Made by a program: the position numbers and the translations under genes
Part shown: positions 12,490 through 25,724 of the stretch, piece by piece
How positions within the stretch are numbered: the stretch's first letter is position 1
How the letters are laid out: each line of letters opens with the position of its first letter
Origin: Octopus bimaculoides
Lineage: Eukaryota
Length of the DNA: 64,000 bases
NCBI RefSeq assembly: GCF_001194135.2
Contig: NC_068999.1
Span: forward strand, 24,455,946-24,519,945
Direction of reading: 5' to 3'
The notes under the pieces: model-generated
Told to the model about the DNA's origin: nothing
The model's input: only the letters and a program-made list of their open reading frames with translations
Databases searched by the model: none

Positions 12490-13809
12490 AGATATGTGAC
12501 GACATTAAGGATGATAATGGATAAGCTAAGTGTTAATGATGGGGAATGACATAGGAGAGAGAAGGCACAGAAAGATGGTGATTGGAGGAGACAGTGGGTG
12601 GGGGAAGATAATGGGAAATGGAAGTGAATTGTGGGGTGGGGTGAGGCAACTGGGAAAGCAGGAGGATGTAGCATGTACCTGCTTTGCTCTCAGGTGATAG
12701 AGAAGTGATGGAACAATAATTAGCAGCATTTTGTCTATCCTTACGTTCTGAGTTCATATTCCACCGGGGTTGACTTTGCCTTTCATCCTTTTGGGGTTGG
12801 TAAAATAAGTACTAATTGAACATTGAAGGTCAATGTAATTGACTTGCTCCAAGCCCTCTGACCTTGTGCCAAAATTTAAAACCAATATTAATATCATCAT
12901 CATCATCATCATCATCATCATCGTTTAACGTCCGCCTTCCATGCTAGCATGGGTTGGACGATATGCAATATTAAAATATAAATGTAAAAGTTTAATAATG
13001 CCTAATATAAAGACATGAGTAAAATATTTTGGTTTCTCAAAGAAGGAAGATGATTTTTTTTCTTTTTCACTGTTTACAATCAACTTTTAATAAAATAAAA
13101 CAAAGGAAGAATAAATATAACAATACAAGTGATTTGAAAATATTATTTGTTTATATTTATAGACAACACATTATAAACAATATTGATAGCACACAGTCAA
13201 AACAAAATGTTTACTCGATCATTTTCTCCTGTAAAAACAAAATTGTTTTTGTTCTTTTATTTTTTATTCTTTTACTTGTTTCAGTCATTAGACTGTGGCC
13301 ATGCTGGGGTACTGCCTTGAAAAATTTTGAGTGAAATGATTCAACCCCAAGACTTAATTTTTTAAAGCCTTGTACTTATTCTATTGGTCTCTTTTGCTGA
13401 ACTGCTAAGTTACAGGGACATAAACACCAACACTGGTTATCAAGCAGTGGTTGGGAGGACAAATGATGCAAACACAGACACACACACACACACACACACA
13501 ATGAGCTTTCACTTTCCATCTACCAAATCCACTCACACGGCTTTGGTTGACCTGAGGCTATAGTAGAGGACATTTGCCCAAGGTGTCATGTAGTAGGACT
13601 GAACCAGGAATCATATGGTTGGGAAGCAAACTTCTTACTACACAGCCACGCCTGCACCTATCTCTCAATAAATATGTTTTTTTTTTTTGTTTTTATTAAT
13701 TCTTGTTAATCAATTCAAATAGTGCAATCCTGGGAGTATCATCAAAGGAATTACAAGACCTCGTTAACTGAGAGAAGATAATGATGCGTTGTGTTCACAT
13801 CTAAATAAT

Positions 13810-14009
13810 TGGGTTAAGCAAGAGTTATGTTCCTTAGCACAAAAGCCCGCCGCTGGGAATGTTGCAAGGCAAGTTTTCTGGAATGTGTGTATGGGAAATG
13901 TGTGAGTACAACCCCAGAACACACACACATTTCCAGAAAACTTGTCACCTTGCAACAGCCCCAAAGGCAGAGTTTTGGTGATAAGGGACATAACTCTTAA
14001 CTGAACCCA
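13810..14009. mobile_element. Palindromic MITE-like element
   Basis: Arms aagagttatgt.ccttagcac..gttgcaaggcaagttttctggaa / ttccagaaaacttgtcaccttgcaac..gataagggacataactctt. Confidence 0.6.
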
Positions 14010-14229
14010 CGCTTGTTTTGTTTCATCGCCTATCTCACAGCAACCACAAACCAGATGTGTCTTCTCAACTCCAACAATAGAGAGCAGCTGCCATATTTTC
14101 TTCCATTACTGCCATCTCTGAAGAGTGCAGGGTTACATAACATGGAATCCATAATGTGAAACTTACTTGTAAGATAGGCTGTAATGGATATTTAATAATG
14201 TACACTTTAATTAATATATATACACACAC

Positions 14230-14341
14230 ACAAATGTCACTAAATATAACTAGGGTGCTAGAAAACACCTACATTGCTTAGCTCTTATTTCTAGCAATGT
14301 AGGTGTTTTCAAACACCCTAGTCACATTTAGTGACATTTGT
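14230..14341. mobile_element. Short palindromic MITE (approx. 50-bp arms)
   Basis: acaaatgtcactaaat..gaaaacacctacattgct mirrored with about 4 mismatches. Confidence 0.7.
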
Positions 14342-15649
14342 AATTCTCCTTTTTGATGAAACATTGCAAACTGCTGTTCATATTAATTTCATATATATGT
14401 TATACAACAGGCTTCCACACACTTTCTAGTCACCAAATTCACTCACAAGGCTTTGGTTAGCCAAAGGCTATAGTAGATGACACTTGCTGCACAGTGGGAT
14501 TGAACCCTAAACTGTATAGTTACAAAGTGAGCTTCTTAGTCATACAGCCATGCCTGTGTCTATGTCAGACAAATTGGGAATAACATTGTTATATTTACTT
14601 AAAAAAAAAACAAATTGTGAGTATTGGAGTATCAGCAGTTGTATTTCTGATCATTGATAACATGTTCAAATCCTGATAAAGGAAAATTTTAGAAAATGTG
14701 TTTTAAATATTTGGTCATGGGATAAATATTTTATTTCTAACAAAAGCTACAACCTCTTTAGACATGCAAAATACCTCTCATAGGTTGTGCTGTTTCCCAG
14801 GTTAAAAAAAAAAATGACTGCACTGTGGCTGACTGTCATGGCACAATTTTCATCACTACTTGGCAGAACAGTTCTGCCAAGCATCATTTTGATTAAAATT
14901 ATCTATTTGATTTTGTGTCTAAAAGCATATACTTTATTAATTCTAACTTCCAAAATATTGTTTCTTAGTATCAAGATGGTAAATCTCATAATTTATTGCA
15001 TCATGTTCAGCACTTCAGGTGTCAGAGTATAAAATTTGCAAGGCAGTTTTGTCATTCATTGACCAAATTTTAAGTGGATTAAACACTGTGGCAGCATACA
15101 AAGATCAATTCAGTGAACTGGATCAATTCAGTCAACTAACTAATTAAATCTGCCGTATGAAAAAAAAATCCAATTATCTGTTTAGGTGCTTCCATTACAG
15201 CCTTTCAAATAAGAGTTTATTTCCACCAAACACACATTTTACAGGAGGATGTCAATTCTAAAGAGAATAATGAAGAGAAATGGTCATGACTGAAAAATGA
15301 AATTAGGTTACATATTTAGTTTTTTCAGCATCATCATTTAACATCCACTTTTCTATGCTTGCATGAGTCAGATGGAATTTGTTGAGGTGGATATTCTACA
15401 GCCAGATGCCCTTTTTGTCACCAACTCTCACCTGTTTCCATCAGTGTGAGGACATTTATATGAATTTAGAAAAAGACTCAAAACTCATTGAAGAAAAACT
15501 CTATTTGAAAATAAATTGATATAAATTATCAAGAGTCTTTTTATTGCACCTATTCAATTAGCATCAATGGCTGTTTCAAGTTGGGATTGGAAGTGTTGAC
15601 TCCCCTGAATCAGATCTTTATCAATCTTGGACAAAGAACTGGTTATGGC

Positions 15650-16140
15650 AGACTTGAGAGATTGTATGGTGTTATTGGCTGGCCTCACTTTTAACTATGC
15701 CCTATACATATGGATTGAGGTTTGGTGAGGTTTGGGAGAACATGATCATAGAGATGGCATGCATCCACATTTGGGTTGTTCTAACCTTATGAAATGGCAC
15801 AAAGTCTTGTTGGAAGACATACAGTCTTCTGTTCCATATGCTGTCTATCCAGAGCTTCACAACTTTCTCCAACACCTCCGTATAGATAGTAGCATTAACC
15901 CTTTGCCCTGTGAAAAAAAAAAAAAAAATAGGATGCATGACATCTCCCTTGTTGCTAATGACTCCCAGAACTGTTATATTCGCTGGGAACTTTGTAGGCA
16001 TGATTGTTGGAACCTCATTTGGGCCTCTGAACCATTTATTTGTTGTTCCTTGGTGTGATCGAAGTTTTTCTCATCGGAGAAAAATCAAAGCATGTCAGCC
16101 TCTTGGTGTTTTAACTTGTTTAGCAAGCACTTTGCAGATT
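15650..16140 (-). mobile_element. maT (DD37D-type) Tc1/mariner transposase remnant
   Basis: TKFPANITVLGVISNKGDVMHP..YTEVLEKVVKLWI..YVFQQDFVPFH..SPNLNP. Confidence 0.75.
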
Positions 16141-19100
16141 GAACAAATCTCATAATTCTTAGTTATTTTGAAAATGAAAACCTGAAGGTTGAATGTACTC
16201 TTGTTAGAAATATTGTTACAAATGAGTTCAAGTCATAGTTGACAGCTACATTCTTCTACTAATAATAAGTGATAGCCTTAAACATCATTAATCCACCAGT
16301 CATACTCTCTTTTTGTTTATGATGGTGCTGTGAAGGTACATGGATTAGTGGTTAGGGTATTTGGCTCACGATCATAAGGTCGTGAGTTCAATACCTGGCA
16401 GTTGACCAAAATGAGTTGTACCAGTAATTCAAAGGGCTAACCTTGTCATATTGCGTCATGCTGAATCTCCCCGAAAACTATGCTATGGGTACATGTGTCT
16501 GTGGAGGGCTCAGCCTCCTGCATGTTAAATTCACGAGCTGGTTGTTCTGTTGATTGAATCAACTGACCACTCATTGTCATAACCAACGGAATGCCAGTTT
16601 TTATGATGATGTTCAATAACATTTTGAATATTTATGAAACCCCTCTACAAATAGCTGCCTTCATTTTGTTTACATCTTCAGAAGATTACAAATGTTCTAT
16701 TTCAACTGCCACTCCTCGACCTCAAAATAAATATTAAAATCCTCCAGGTTGAATATCTAAAAAATTGTTTCATATAACAAAAGCCTGCAACAGCAAATGT
16801 TCAAACATCTTGTATTCAATACTTGCCCCAAATATTTCCTTAATTTTGCTTATTTGGGACACTGTGTTATTTCTCTTTTGTTGTATTGATACATAATATA
16901 CAGATCAAAAGTCTATTTCAGATTAAAAATTAGAGCTTATCTCGCCAAGAATTAAGGCAACATAGAATTACTTCCCTTGTTATAGTAATTATGAATTTCC
17001 TTGCAAGAGATTTAACTAATAAAATTTCGGATCGTTTTAAATGATTCAAGGTAGGGAAAAAGAGAACTTTAAAATTAAGGAAACTGTTTTAGAACAAAGA
17101 ATGCCTTGGTATCTTTATGGATAAAGTTATACAAATACTGCAATGGAACTTTGGCAGAAATAAAAAATATCTTGTATATGAGAACTGTTATCCAAAAATT
17201 TTCAAGAATATTTGAAGTTGAATTACCATACATAAGTAATTCAAGTAGGTGTTTGAATAATTAGAGGTATTAATTAAAATTAGTAAGGTAGGGAAACATT
17301 ATAGGGACAACAATATAAATTGTTTAATTACATTTTCAATAGTAATAATGTCAGGAATTAAGCAATAACAAAGACTATAAAATTCTATATTATTTGCTCA
17401 AGCAGAATTATTTCAAGTAGTTTCTGAAAACTTATGTTACCAGTGGAGAGGGTAAAAGAGAAACCAAGGTTCAAATTTATCTTTTGGCTCCTTAAATAAA
17501 TGTGTGGAATTTATTCTTCAAAAGTGAACTCAAAAACATTGTAATACAAATGAAAACAAGAGACTCAGGTATTTTAATATACATTTTATTTTCACAAATG
17601 AAATCATACCAATATTGGGATGGTGACCTTTATCCTACCAAAAAAAAAAAATATATATCTCTAATTTATATGGCACTTTGTAACAGGCTCTTTTAATGTG
17701 ATTTTCTAGAAAGGAAAATAAAATCCTTTCTACTATAGACACAAGGCCTGAGAAAGGAAAGACGAAAGTAAAATGACAACTAGCTATCTTATGAAAAACA
17801 CATAAAAAGCTGAAGAGAAACAGTTTAACCATACCTCCTTCCAAAACTCCAATAATAATTTATGATTTATTGGCTGGTATTTATAATTTCAGTTCATTGA
17901 AAAATATAATATGTATCTAACATGCTAGAAGGAATATATTCCATAATTTAACAACTAACTTACTCCAACTCATAAAGGAGTTATTAAACAGAAATTATTT
18001 TGCCAATCTGACAGAAAAGTGTATAAAGATAAAGTGAGAGAAAATTAGTCACCAAATTACATCAACATTACTCTTTTTTTTAAATGTAATATTTATTATA
18101 TGTGAAACCATTGTCTTTGTATATGGTGTATACAAATAGCAATTAGACTGATCCTATCAATTATTAATTCATTTGAAAGTAGTGTAGAGTCGATTCATTT
18201 GTGGGTTAGATTACAATGTCTCTAAGTAGATTGGTTCATTGATAGTAAAAAGAGTTTAATTGAACAGCTAGAGATGTGGGTTGTTAACATTTCTGGTTAA
18301 TACATTACTAGTTCAACTGTTAATTGCTTTCAGATTAAATGAAAAATATCTATGAAAAGTGTTTAAAATAACGGGAAAAAAAACAATAAAAAACTATCTA
18401 TTATATCCCATAATGCTAATATGTGCCAATACCCCTTACTAGAAAATAAAATATAAATAATATATTCAAAATGATTCACCATCAAAACTCAAAATAATCA
18501 AAATAATTAAACCCAGATGTAGAAGATTTTGAAACTTATTTATATTGAACATTGTTCTTTTTTATAGAGATTTTGAAAGCAATGAAAGTCAAATGGATTT
18601 GCTTTTGGATAGTATCACAGGTGTGATGTTAAAGTAAATAAACATGTATTAGCTATATTACCATATTTAAAAAATATATTTTTCAGCCAGAATAATATTT
18701 ATTCATTTATAATAATTAAATAACAATAAAGATGAGCAGGTCACAAGTGAAATCATTCACTAGTGAAATCCTTAAATATGCAAGATGTAGAGCTTTCCTC
18801 TCTGAGGCAGCAGTATATGACTATTGATCAAAGGAACTCTGCAACATCATATCTGTTACAGGTGGGAAACCCTTNNNNNNNNNNNNNNNNNNNNNNNNNN
18901 NNNNNNNNNNNNNNNNNNNNNNNNNNNNNNNNNNNNNNNNNNNNNNNNNNNNNNNNNNNNNNNNNNNNNNNNNNNNNNNNNNNNNNNNNNNNNNNNNNNN
19001 NNNNNNNNNNNNNNNNNNNNNNNNNNNNNNNNNNNNNNNNNNNNNNNNNNNNNNNNNNNNNNNNNNNNNNNNNNNNNNNNNNNNNNNNNNNNNNNNNNNN

Positions 19101-19199
19101 NNNNNNNNNNNNNNNNNNNNNNNNNNNNNNNNNNNNNNNNNNNNNNNNNNNNNNNNNNATATATATACACATACACCTATGTATATACATATATATACA

Positions 19200-19237
<38 letters not shown>

Positions 19238-21710
19238 AGTTATTAATGTCCATATGCGATTCTTTTTGATATAGATTACATTAGTGTCCTTATTCTTAAG
19301 CTTTCATTGTCTGTTAATGTTTATTTATTTATATACACACACACACATGCATGAATATATATTTTTATATGTATGATTTCACTGAAAAGATTAATGAAAG
19401 TAAAGATTAAATGTAAATATGAACTACAAAGATGAGAAAGAGAGAGAGAGAGAGAGATTCTGAAACGAGTGTTTATATGAAGTAGAGAAAGACCATTGAC
19501 ATTTGGACATCAGTAATATATATATATATATAACACAACTACAAATAAAGAAAACAGTGTGATATTCATTAGAGGAATCATGTGTCAGAGAAAAATAAAA
19601 AAAATGCAGAGAGAATAGATGCAGAGGTTGATTTGGGGTCGTGTTTTATGTCTCGAATTATTTAATATTTTTTTTAACTTTCATGTTCTAATTACTAATA
19701 AATTTCTAGCCATTGAAGTAGTCTACAATGTGGGACAAGGTTCTATTTTACCTATTATCATGATTAAAATTATTATATGTAATTAAATAGCAAATCATTT
19801 ATTCCTAAATGGTCGTAAGTATTGGTAATCAAAAATGTAGACTCTTGCAATGCAAAGAAAGAACAGCATTTGCTAAACACTAAATAAATATGTAAATATG
19901 TAGGAATGCCAATATTTGTAAGTAGATATGCCAACAAAATAGAATATTTATATGAAGCAATAGTGCTGTAGAAAGATTATAGAAATTGAGATTCTAACAA
20001 ATTCTGGTCATGATAGATGAAGAATGTATATAGGTAAAAAAATACTAATGTAAGAGGATGTAACTAAAGTTTTAATATATTCTAGGGTTATTTTTCATAG
20101 CGTCCTATTCTTATAGAGAACTACAGAATGCTTAATTTGTGGTGAAATTCATTATTTGTGAATCCAATGTGATGGAACCTATGCAAATATGTATTAGTTA
20201 GGATAGTGAAATTAGAAGAACATGTTGCCAGTATTAACTATGAGTTTGATTAGTAAACTGTCTTTGCTGAATACTTACAATAGTTGTAAATTAATTGCAG
20301 TAACAAGCAGTTGAAGACTTTGTAGATGTAAGAAGAAAGATATCAGAGGAAATAATTCCAGTTAGATGACATATAGTAAGTAATAGGTTTTCTATGTAAT
20401 AACTGTTGGTAGATGTCATTGGGTAGTCATAAATTTTCTTGGTAGATTATGAAAATATCAGCTTTTGAAAATTTTATTTAAATAAAGTTGTTTGAAGATT
20501 GTTTTGTCCTAAGACACATATTTTACAATCTTAAAAAGTAGTTAACTCATAATAATGAAGGGGTCATATTCAATGTGATATTTCTGCAGTTTCTGGTGAA
20601 TTCTTAATGCCATTCTCAGCATATTCATGAGGCTTCAAAAGACTGCTATGAATTCAACCTTGATGTGTATGCTTAAAATTTAGCTAAATCACAAATTTAT
20701 TGTATGTGTAGAGTAAATAAATAGATTATGATTGTTTGTATGCATATGAATGTTTTGATAATAAATTAATATGAATAAATCTAATGTTAATCAATTCATT
20801 AATATCACTTATAACATTCACTTCAAATTGACTCAAGCATAGAACCAGAAGTGTAAGAAGATGAAAAAAAAAAGGAGTAGTACAGAAAACAGACCCTTCA
20901 ACTACAATATAATTAGCAAAATTGAATTAATGAATAAAATGATGACAGCAAGGTCAAAAGTATTATCAATAGTGTAAGGTTAGAAGTCCACAAATGTAAA
21001 TGTAAGTAAAAGATTTCTAAGCCATATTAAGTATGTTATATATATATATATNNNNNNNNNNNNNNNNNNNNNNNNNNNNNNNNNNNNNNNNNNNNNNNNN
21101 NNNNNNNNNNNNNNNNNNNNNNNNNNNNNNNNNNNNNNNNNNNNNNNNNNNNNNNNNNNNNNNNNNNNNNNNNNNNNNNNNNNNNNNNNNNNNNNNNNNN
21201 NNNNNNNNNNNNNNNNNNNNNNNNNNNNNNNNNNNNNNNNNNNNNNNNNNNNNNNNNNNNNNNNNNNNNNNNNNNNNNNNNNNNNNNNNNNNNNNNNNNN
21301 NNNNNNNNNNNNNNNNNNNNNNNNNNNNNNNNNNNNNNNNNNNNNNNNNNNNNNNNNNNNNNNNNNNNNNNNNNNNNNNNNNNNNNNNNNNNNNNNNNNN
21401 NNNNNNNNNNNNNNNNNNNNNNNNNNNNNNNNNNNNNNNNNNNNNNNNNNNNNNNNNNNNNNNNNNNNNNNNNNNNNNNNNNNNNNNNNNNNNNNNNNNN
21501 NNNNNNNNNNNNNNNNNNNNNNNNNNNNNNNNNNNNNNNNNNNNNNNNNNNNNNNNNNNNNNNNNNNNNNNNNNNNNNNNNNNNNNNNNNNNNNNNNNNN
21601 NNNNNNNNNNNNNNNNNNNNNNNNNNNNNNNNNNNNNNNNNNNNNNNNNNNNNNNNNNNNNNNNNNNNNNNNNNNNNNNNNNNNNNNNNNNNNNNNNNNN
21701 NNNNNNNNNN

Positions 21711-21741
<31 letters not shown>

Positions 21742-21744
21742 TAC

Positions 21745-24580
21745 ATTATCGTCATCCTTTTACACCTGCTTTTCCATGCTTGCCTGAGTTGGATGGGTCT
21801 TGCACCCTTTTGACATCTCCTTTGTGAGGTCCATCAGCCTGAAATCACCTTCCATCAATTCCTCCTAGGTCTTCCTCTTCTCCAGGTTTCATTTTGAATA
21901 TTTGGTACTTCTTTATCCAACTCTCATTCTACACATTACCAACTCTCAACTTGATGATGGTATCTCTGTACATGATTTCCATGTCTCTCATGAACCTAAT
22001 GTTCTTAAAGACTACCAGACTACTCTGTCAAAGGCTTTCTTCGAGTCAACAAAAGCTGGTCATAATGGCTTATTCTCAGTAAAGAACTTGTCCTGCACTT
22101 GAAGAACTTGTCTTACTATTAAGACATGTGAGTTATTTTTCTTCTGAATCAATTATGCCATAATTCTTTGTTACTTTCATATCTTGGACCATCAATAACA
22201 TCTTTGAAGTTGTTTTATTTTAGAATATCTCCTTTGTCTTGATAATTGTTGATACTAATACATCAGTCATTGGGTATAGAACCTCCCTATGTGACCTGAT
22301 TAACTACACAAGTGACAAGTGCATGACCTACTTTGCCAAATATGTTCAGCATTTTAATGAACATTCTTACTTTCCCTGCCTTCACATCCTTAATTCTGCT
22401 TTCAACTATATAATAGTGAACCCTGTTGGGTCCACGTGGTTTAGATCTCCACCCCTCTCTTTATGAATTGACCTCATTCAGGGAGCTCTCAAAGTAATAT
22501 TTTTGTGGCTCTTCTCACAATCAGGGAGGACAGGTGTACCACTATCATTTCCACACATTTTACTTCAATGACATTGATTCACACTGAGACACTGCTTTGC
22601 TAACTAGAACACCTTAAACTTTTGATAATCTTCAATCACAACATTGGCAAACATTCAGCTTCTCATTTTGCCCCATATATCTAATTGTAGCTTCTCTTTT
22701 AGTTAGCTCTCTCCATGCCATAAGGCACATAAGGTTACAATACAACCTCTTCAACCAGCTCTATTCTCTGCCGCTATTCTGGTCACATTCCAGCTTGTTC
22801 ACCCTTCTCATCTCCTTTCCTTGTCAATGGTCTTTTGCCATGTAGTTTTAGGGAACCCTGCTGCTCTTATCCTCTCAGGCTGTCACTTTAGTACCACCAT
22901 ACAACTGCTATTTTGTTCTTGTCTGAGGACATGTCAATCCATTTAGCTTCTCTTTTTGCTCTCTCGTATAGTCTTTGCTCACTAATTTCTTCCAATTTTC
23001 TCAGACATGTCTTTTAGCTTTTATGACAATCTACAAAACATTCCAACATATTGTTACTTTCTGTTTGACTGTAATCTCACTCCATCCTAAGTTCTAGTTT
23101 GTCACACAGCTGATTATCTTGTTGAAACTTCCGGTGTTATAAGCCTATTTCTGCCTCTGCCTTGTCATATGAGTCAACATGTATTTCTTTGATCCCTATT
23201 CATTCAAGTGTTCTTTTAGCTTCAACAATTTCCTTCTCCAGATAATTGACTTATGTCTCTGCAACCATCTAGCTCTTACTCTTATGTCACTAACCACGGA
23301 TCTTTCTGAATTGACGGGCACTACTTTTCATTTATGTTTTATGTAGTGTTTTTGGTACCGAAACACTTTCAAACTTCGTATACTTGTATATTTTGTATTA
23401 TAGAACAGATAAAAATGTTTGTATTCGAAGTTATTTCATGTAAAAAATTGTCGTATTTCGGTAATTTCAACCAATCACTGACGTCTGTTGAGGTGAAAAC
23501 AATTACTGCCGTGGAATGTAAACAACATGTTCTAACGGTGTCATGGGATCTTTTCCCTTGAATAAAATTAGTGCCGTTGTTTGTCAACAACAACTATTGG
23601 CAGTACTGTTATTTATAACATCGTTCATGTGTTTCTACTGGTTTTAGCTTTAGGGTTTTAGGGTTAGGGTTCCGGTTTTAGAGTTAGGGTTATGATTATT
23701 TTTGCCATAACCTAACTCATAACCCTAACTCTAAAACCCTATAACTCATAACCCTAACCCAAACCTTAACTCTAAAATCTGAACCCTAACCCTAAACCCT
23801 TACTAGGGAATAACGATATAATTAACAGGGAATAACGTTCTTGACACCAGCAAAAATTATTGTTTACAAAAACAGCAGTAACTGAATTCAGCTGAATAGA
23901 TGTCAGTGATTGGTTGAAATTACAGAAATACGACAACTTTAACATGAAATAACTTGCGATGTAGAAACTTTTGTTAAGAAAGTTAAGAGAAAAAGATGTT
24001 TTATATGACACATTCTACCAGTATCCCAAGTTTGAAAGTGTTTCGTTAAGAAAACAAGTGGTGCCCGTCAATTCAGAAGGATCCCTAACTACTAGTCTAT
24101 TTTGAATGGCACAATCTTCACTGAGGGCAAATTTATTATTTACAATCAATTGCCTATCCCATTTCCTAGACAGTATAAAGTCTATCTGGTTCACATATTC
24201 ATCTAAGTAGGTGTCCAGGTGGCTGACTGGTTTGTTGAAGTTGGTGTTTCAAAAGATTAGGTCATTTGTGTCATCCAACCAGATCGTATCTCATTTTTCA
24301 TATCACAGCCATATGCAAGAGCAGCAATTAGAGTGTTGCTCAACGTGTTCATTAGAGCCACCGATCATGATAATGCAGTCACTATCATTCATTATTTATG
24401 TAGTCTGTGTCAAGGACTCATAGAAATGGTCCTTTTGCCCATCTGTCAGTCTTGATCATGCTACATATGCAGATGTAACTGTTATCATGTTGTCTATGAG
24501 TAGTCTGAGCTTATTTTTCTCAAACTTTGCCTTGATTACTTTATTAATTTCTTTGATAACAATATCGAATTGTTGCCATC
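21745..24580 (-). mobile_element. Degenerate RTE LINE (APE endonuclease plus RT, internally deleted), interrupted by a foldback element
   Basis: NTNFNKPVSHLDTY..NQIDFIL (endonuclease), RLVV|SDIRVRA split by the insertion, GGSIPND..KGDILK (RT), RTE-type 3' tail near 21750. Confidence 0.7.
23298..24084. mobile_element. Non-autonomous foldback DNA transposon (Merlin- or MULE-like) with telomere-like core
   Basis: Termini GGATCTTTCTGAATTGACGGGCAC / GTGCCCGTCAATTCAGAAGGATCC; flanks ctaaccac and ctaactac (8-bp target duplication, 7/8); long imperfect arms. The superfamily assignment is inference. Confidence 0.75.
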
Positions 24581-24639
24581 TTATATTTTTAATTTCTTGC
24601 ATGCACAATGTTTTTGAGTTTGTCGACCACACAATATAG

Positions 24640-25426
24640 TAGGGTCAGCTGGGCACTGTCTGTGAGAAAAAACAGCACCATGATGCAATTCACTCTGCCA
24701 GAAATTTGGAAACGACATGCTGTACTGCTTGGCATTCATGTTGGAAGCTCCAGTGCCAACAGATGGTGAACACACAGAACAACTGTTGGCTTGTCATGTC
24801 CCCAAACATGTACCGAGAGTGATAAGAATTAAGCATCCAGTCAAAATCATGGCATTTGGAGTGATCACTAGTGATGGTGATGTTATGCCTCCATTCATCT
24901 TCCCACATGGCCTCAGAATCAATACAGAGGCCTACATCAAGTGCCTAGAGGTAGTGCTACCCTGGGTCAAGAAGGTAGCTGCTGGAAGACCTTATGTCTA
25001 ACGACAGGACTCTGCACCATGCCACACAAACAAGAGAACCCAGTCAGGCTGTCAGACAATTTCTGTGACCACATCACCCCTAACATTTGGCCATCTAACT
25101 CTCCACACTGCAACCCCTTGATTATTATATGTGGGGCACAGTTGAGTGAGAGACCAACAAAACTTGTAACACCAAAGATGAACTGAAGGCAAGGATTATG
25201 GCAACATTCACCAACTTAAACAAGGAGACCATCCAGAAGAGTTGCAGGAGATTCTGAAGTCATCTGGAGGCAGTGGGTGAAGCTAATGGCGATTTTATTG
25301 AATAAATTTACTTTTTAGTATTTCAAGATATTTGTATGTAATTTTGATAAATATATCTGTCAAAATGAAATGTTAGAGTTATTTTCATTTTTGTGTAATT
25401 TAGACGACAATATATTCGCCATGCAC

Positions 25427-25428
<2 letters not shown>
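24640..25428 (+). mobile_element. maT (DD37D-type) transposon remnant, internally deleted, right end retained
   Basis: KHPVKIMAFGVITSDGDVMPPFIFP..YV*RQDSAPCH..WPSNSPHCNPL..EANGDFIE*; ends ..tattcgccatgcactg. Confidence 0.8.
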
Positions 25429-25459
<31 letters not shown>

Positions 25460-25463
<4 letters not shown>

Positions 25464-25620
25464 TCATCATCATCGTTTAACGTCCGCTTTCCATGCTAGC
25501 ATGGGTTGGACGACTTGACTGAGGACTGGTGAAACCGGATGGCAACACCAGGCTCCAATCTAAATTTGGCAGAGTTTCTACAGCTGGATGCCCTTCCTAA
25601 CGCCAACCACTCAGAGAGTG
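25460..25620 (-). mobile_element. RTE-type 3' tail with (GAT)n end. Similar pieces at approx. 2960-3070, 7000-7070, 11510-11720, 12900-12960
   Basis: tttaacgtccgctttccatgctagcatgggttggacg..cagctggatgcccttcctaacgccaaccac recurs. Confidence 0.65.
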
Positions 25621-25688
25621 TAATATATATATATATATATATATAATAGAGTTTATTTATTCACTTGAATTTAATAATTCATTCATTG

Positions 25689-25724
25689 CTATTCAGAATT
25701 TCTTAGTACGTGCAAGCCTAAAAG
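25689..25724 (-). CDS. Candidate terminal exon of the tetraspanin: LLGLHVLRNSE*
   Basis: ctaatttccttcattcag| acceptor; starts with LLG as expected after FFQ; TAG at 25691-25689; AATAAA at 25657-25652. Lacks the expected juxtamembrane cysteines and YExx tail. Confidence 0.4.
   Translation of the reverse strand, partial: LLGLHVLRNSE

Noticed and set aside
16755-16830. Minus-strand frame ending ICCCRLLLYETIF*, superficially like a tetraspanin tail
   Set aside because: No plausible splice acceptor and no TM4-completing residues; likely chance.
23645-23800. Apparent telomere-telomere fusion site
   Set aside because: The repeats are degenerate and lie at the centre of a TIR element with a target duplication, so they are transposon content, not a chromosome fusion scar.
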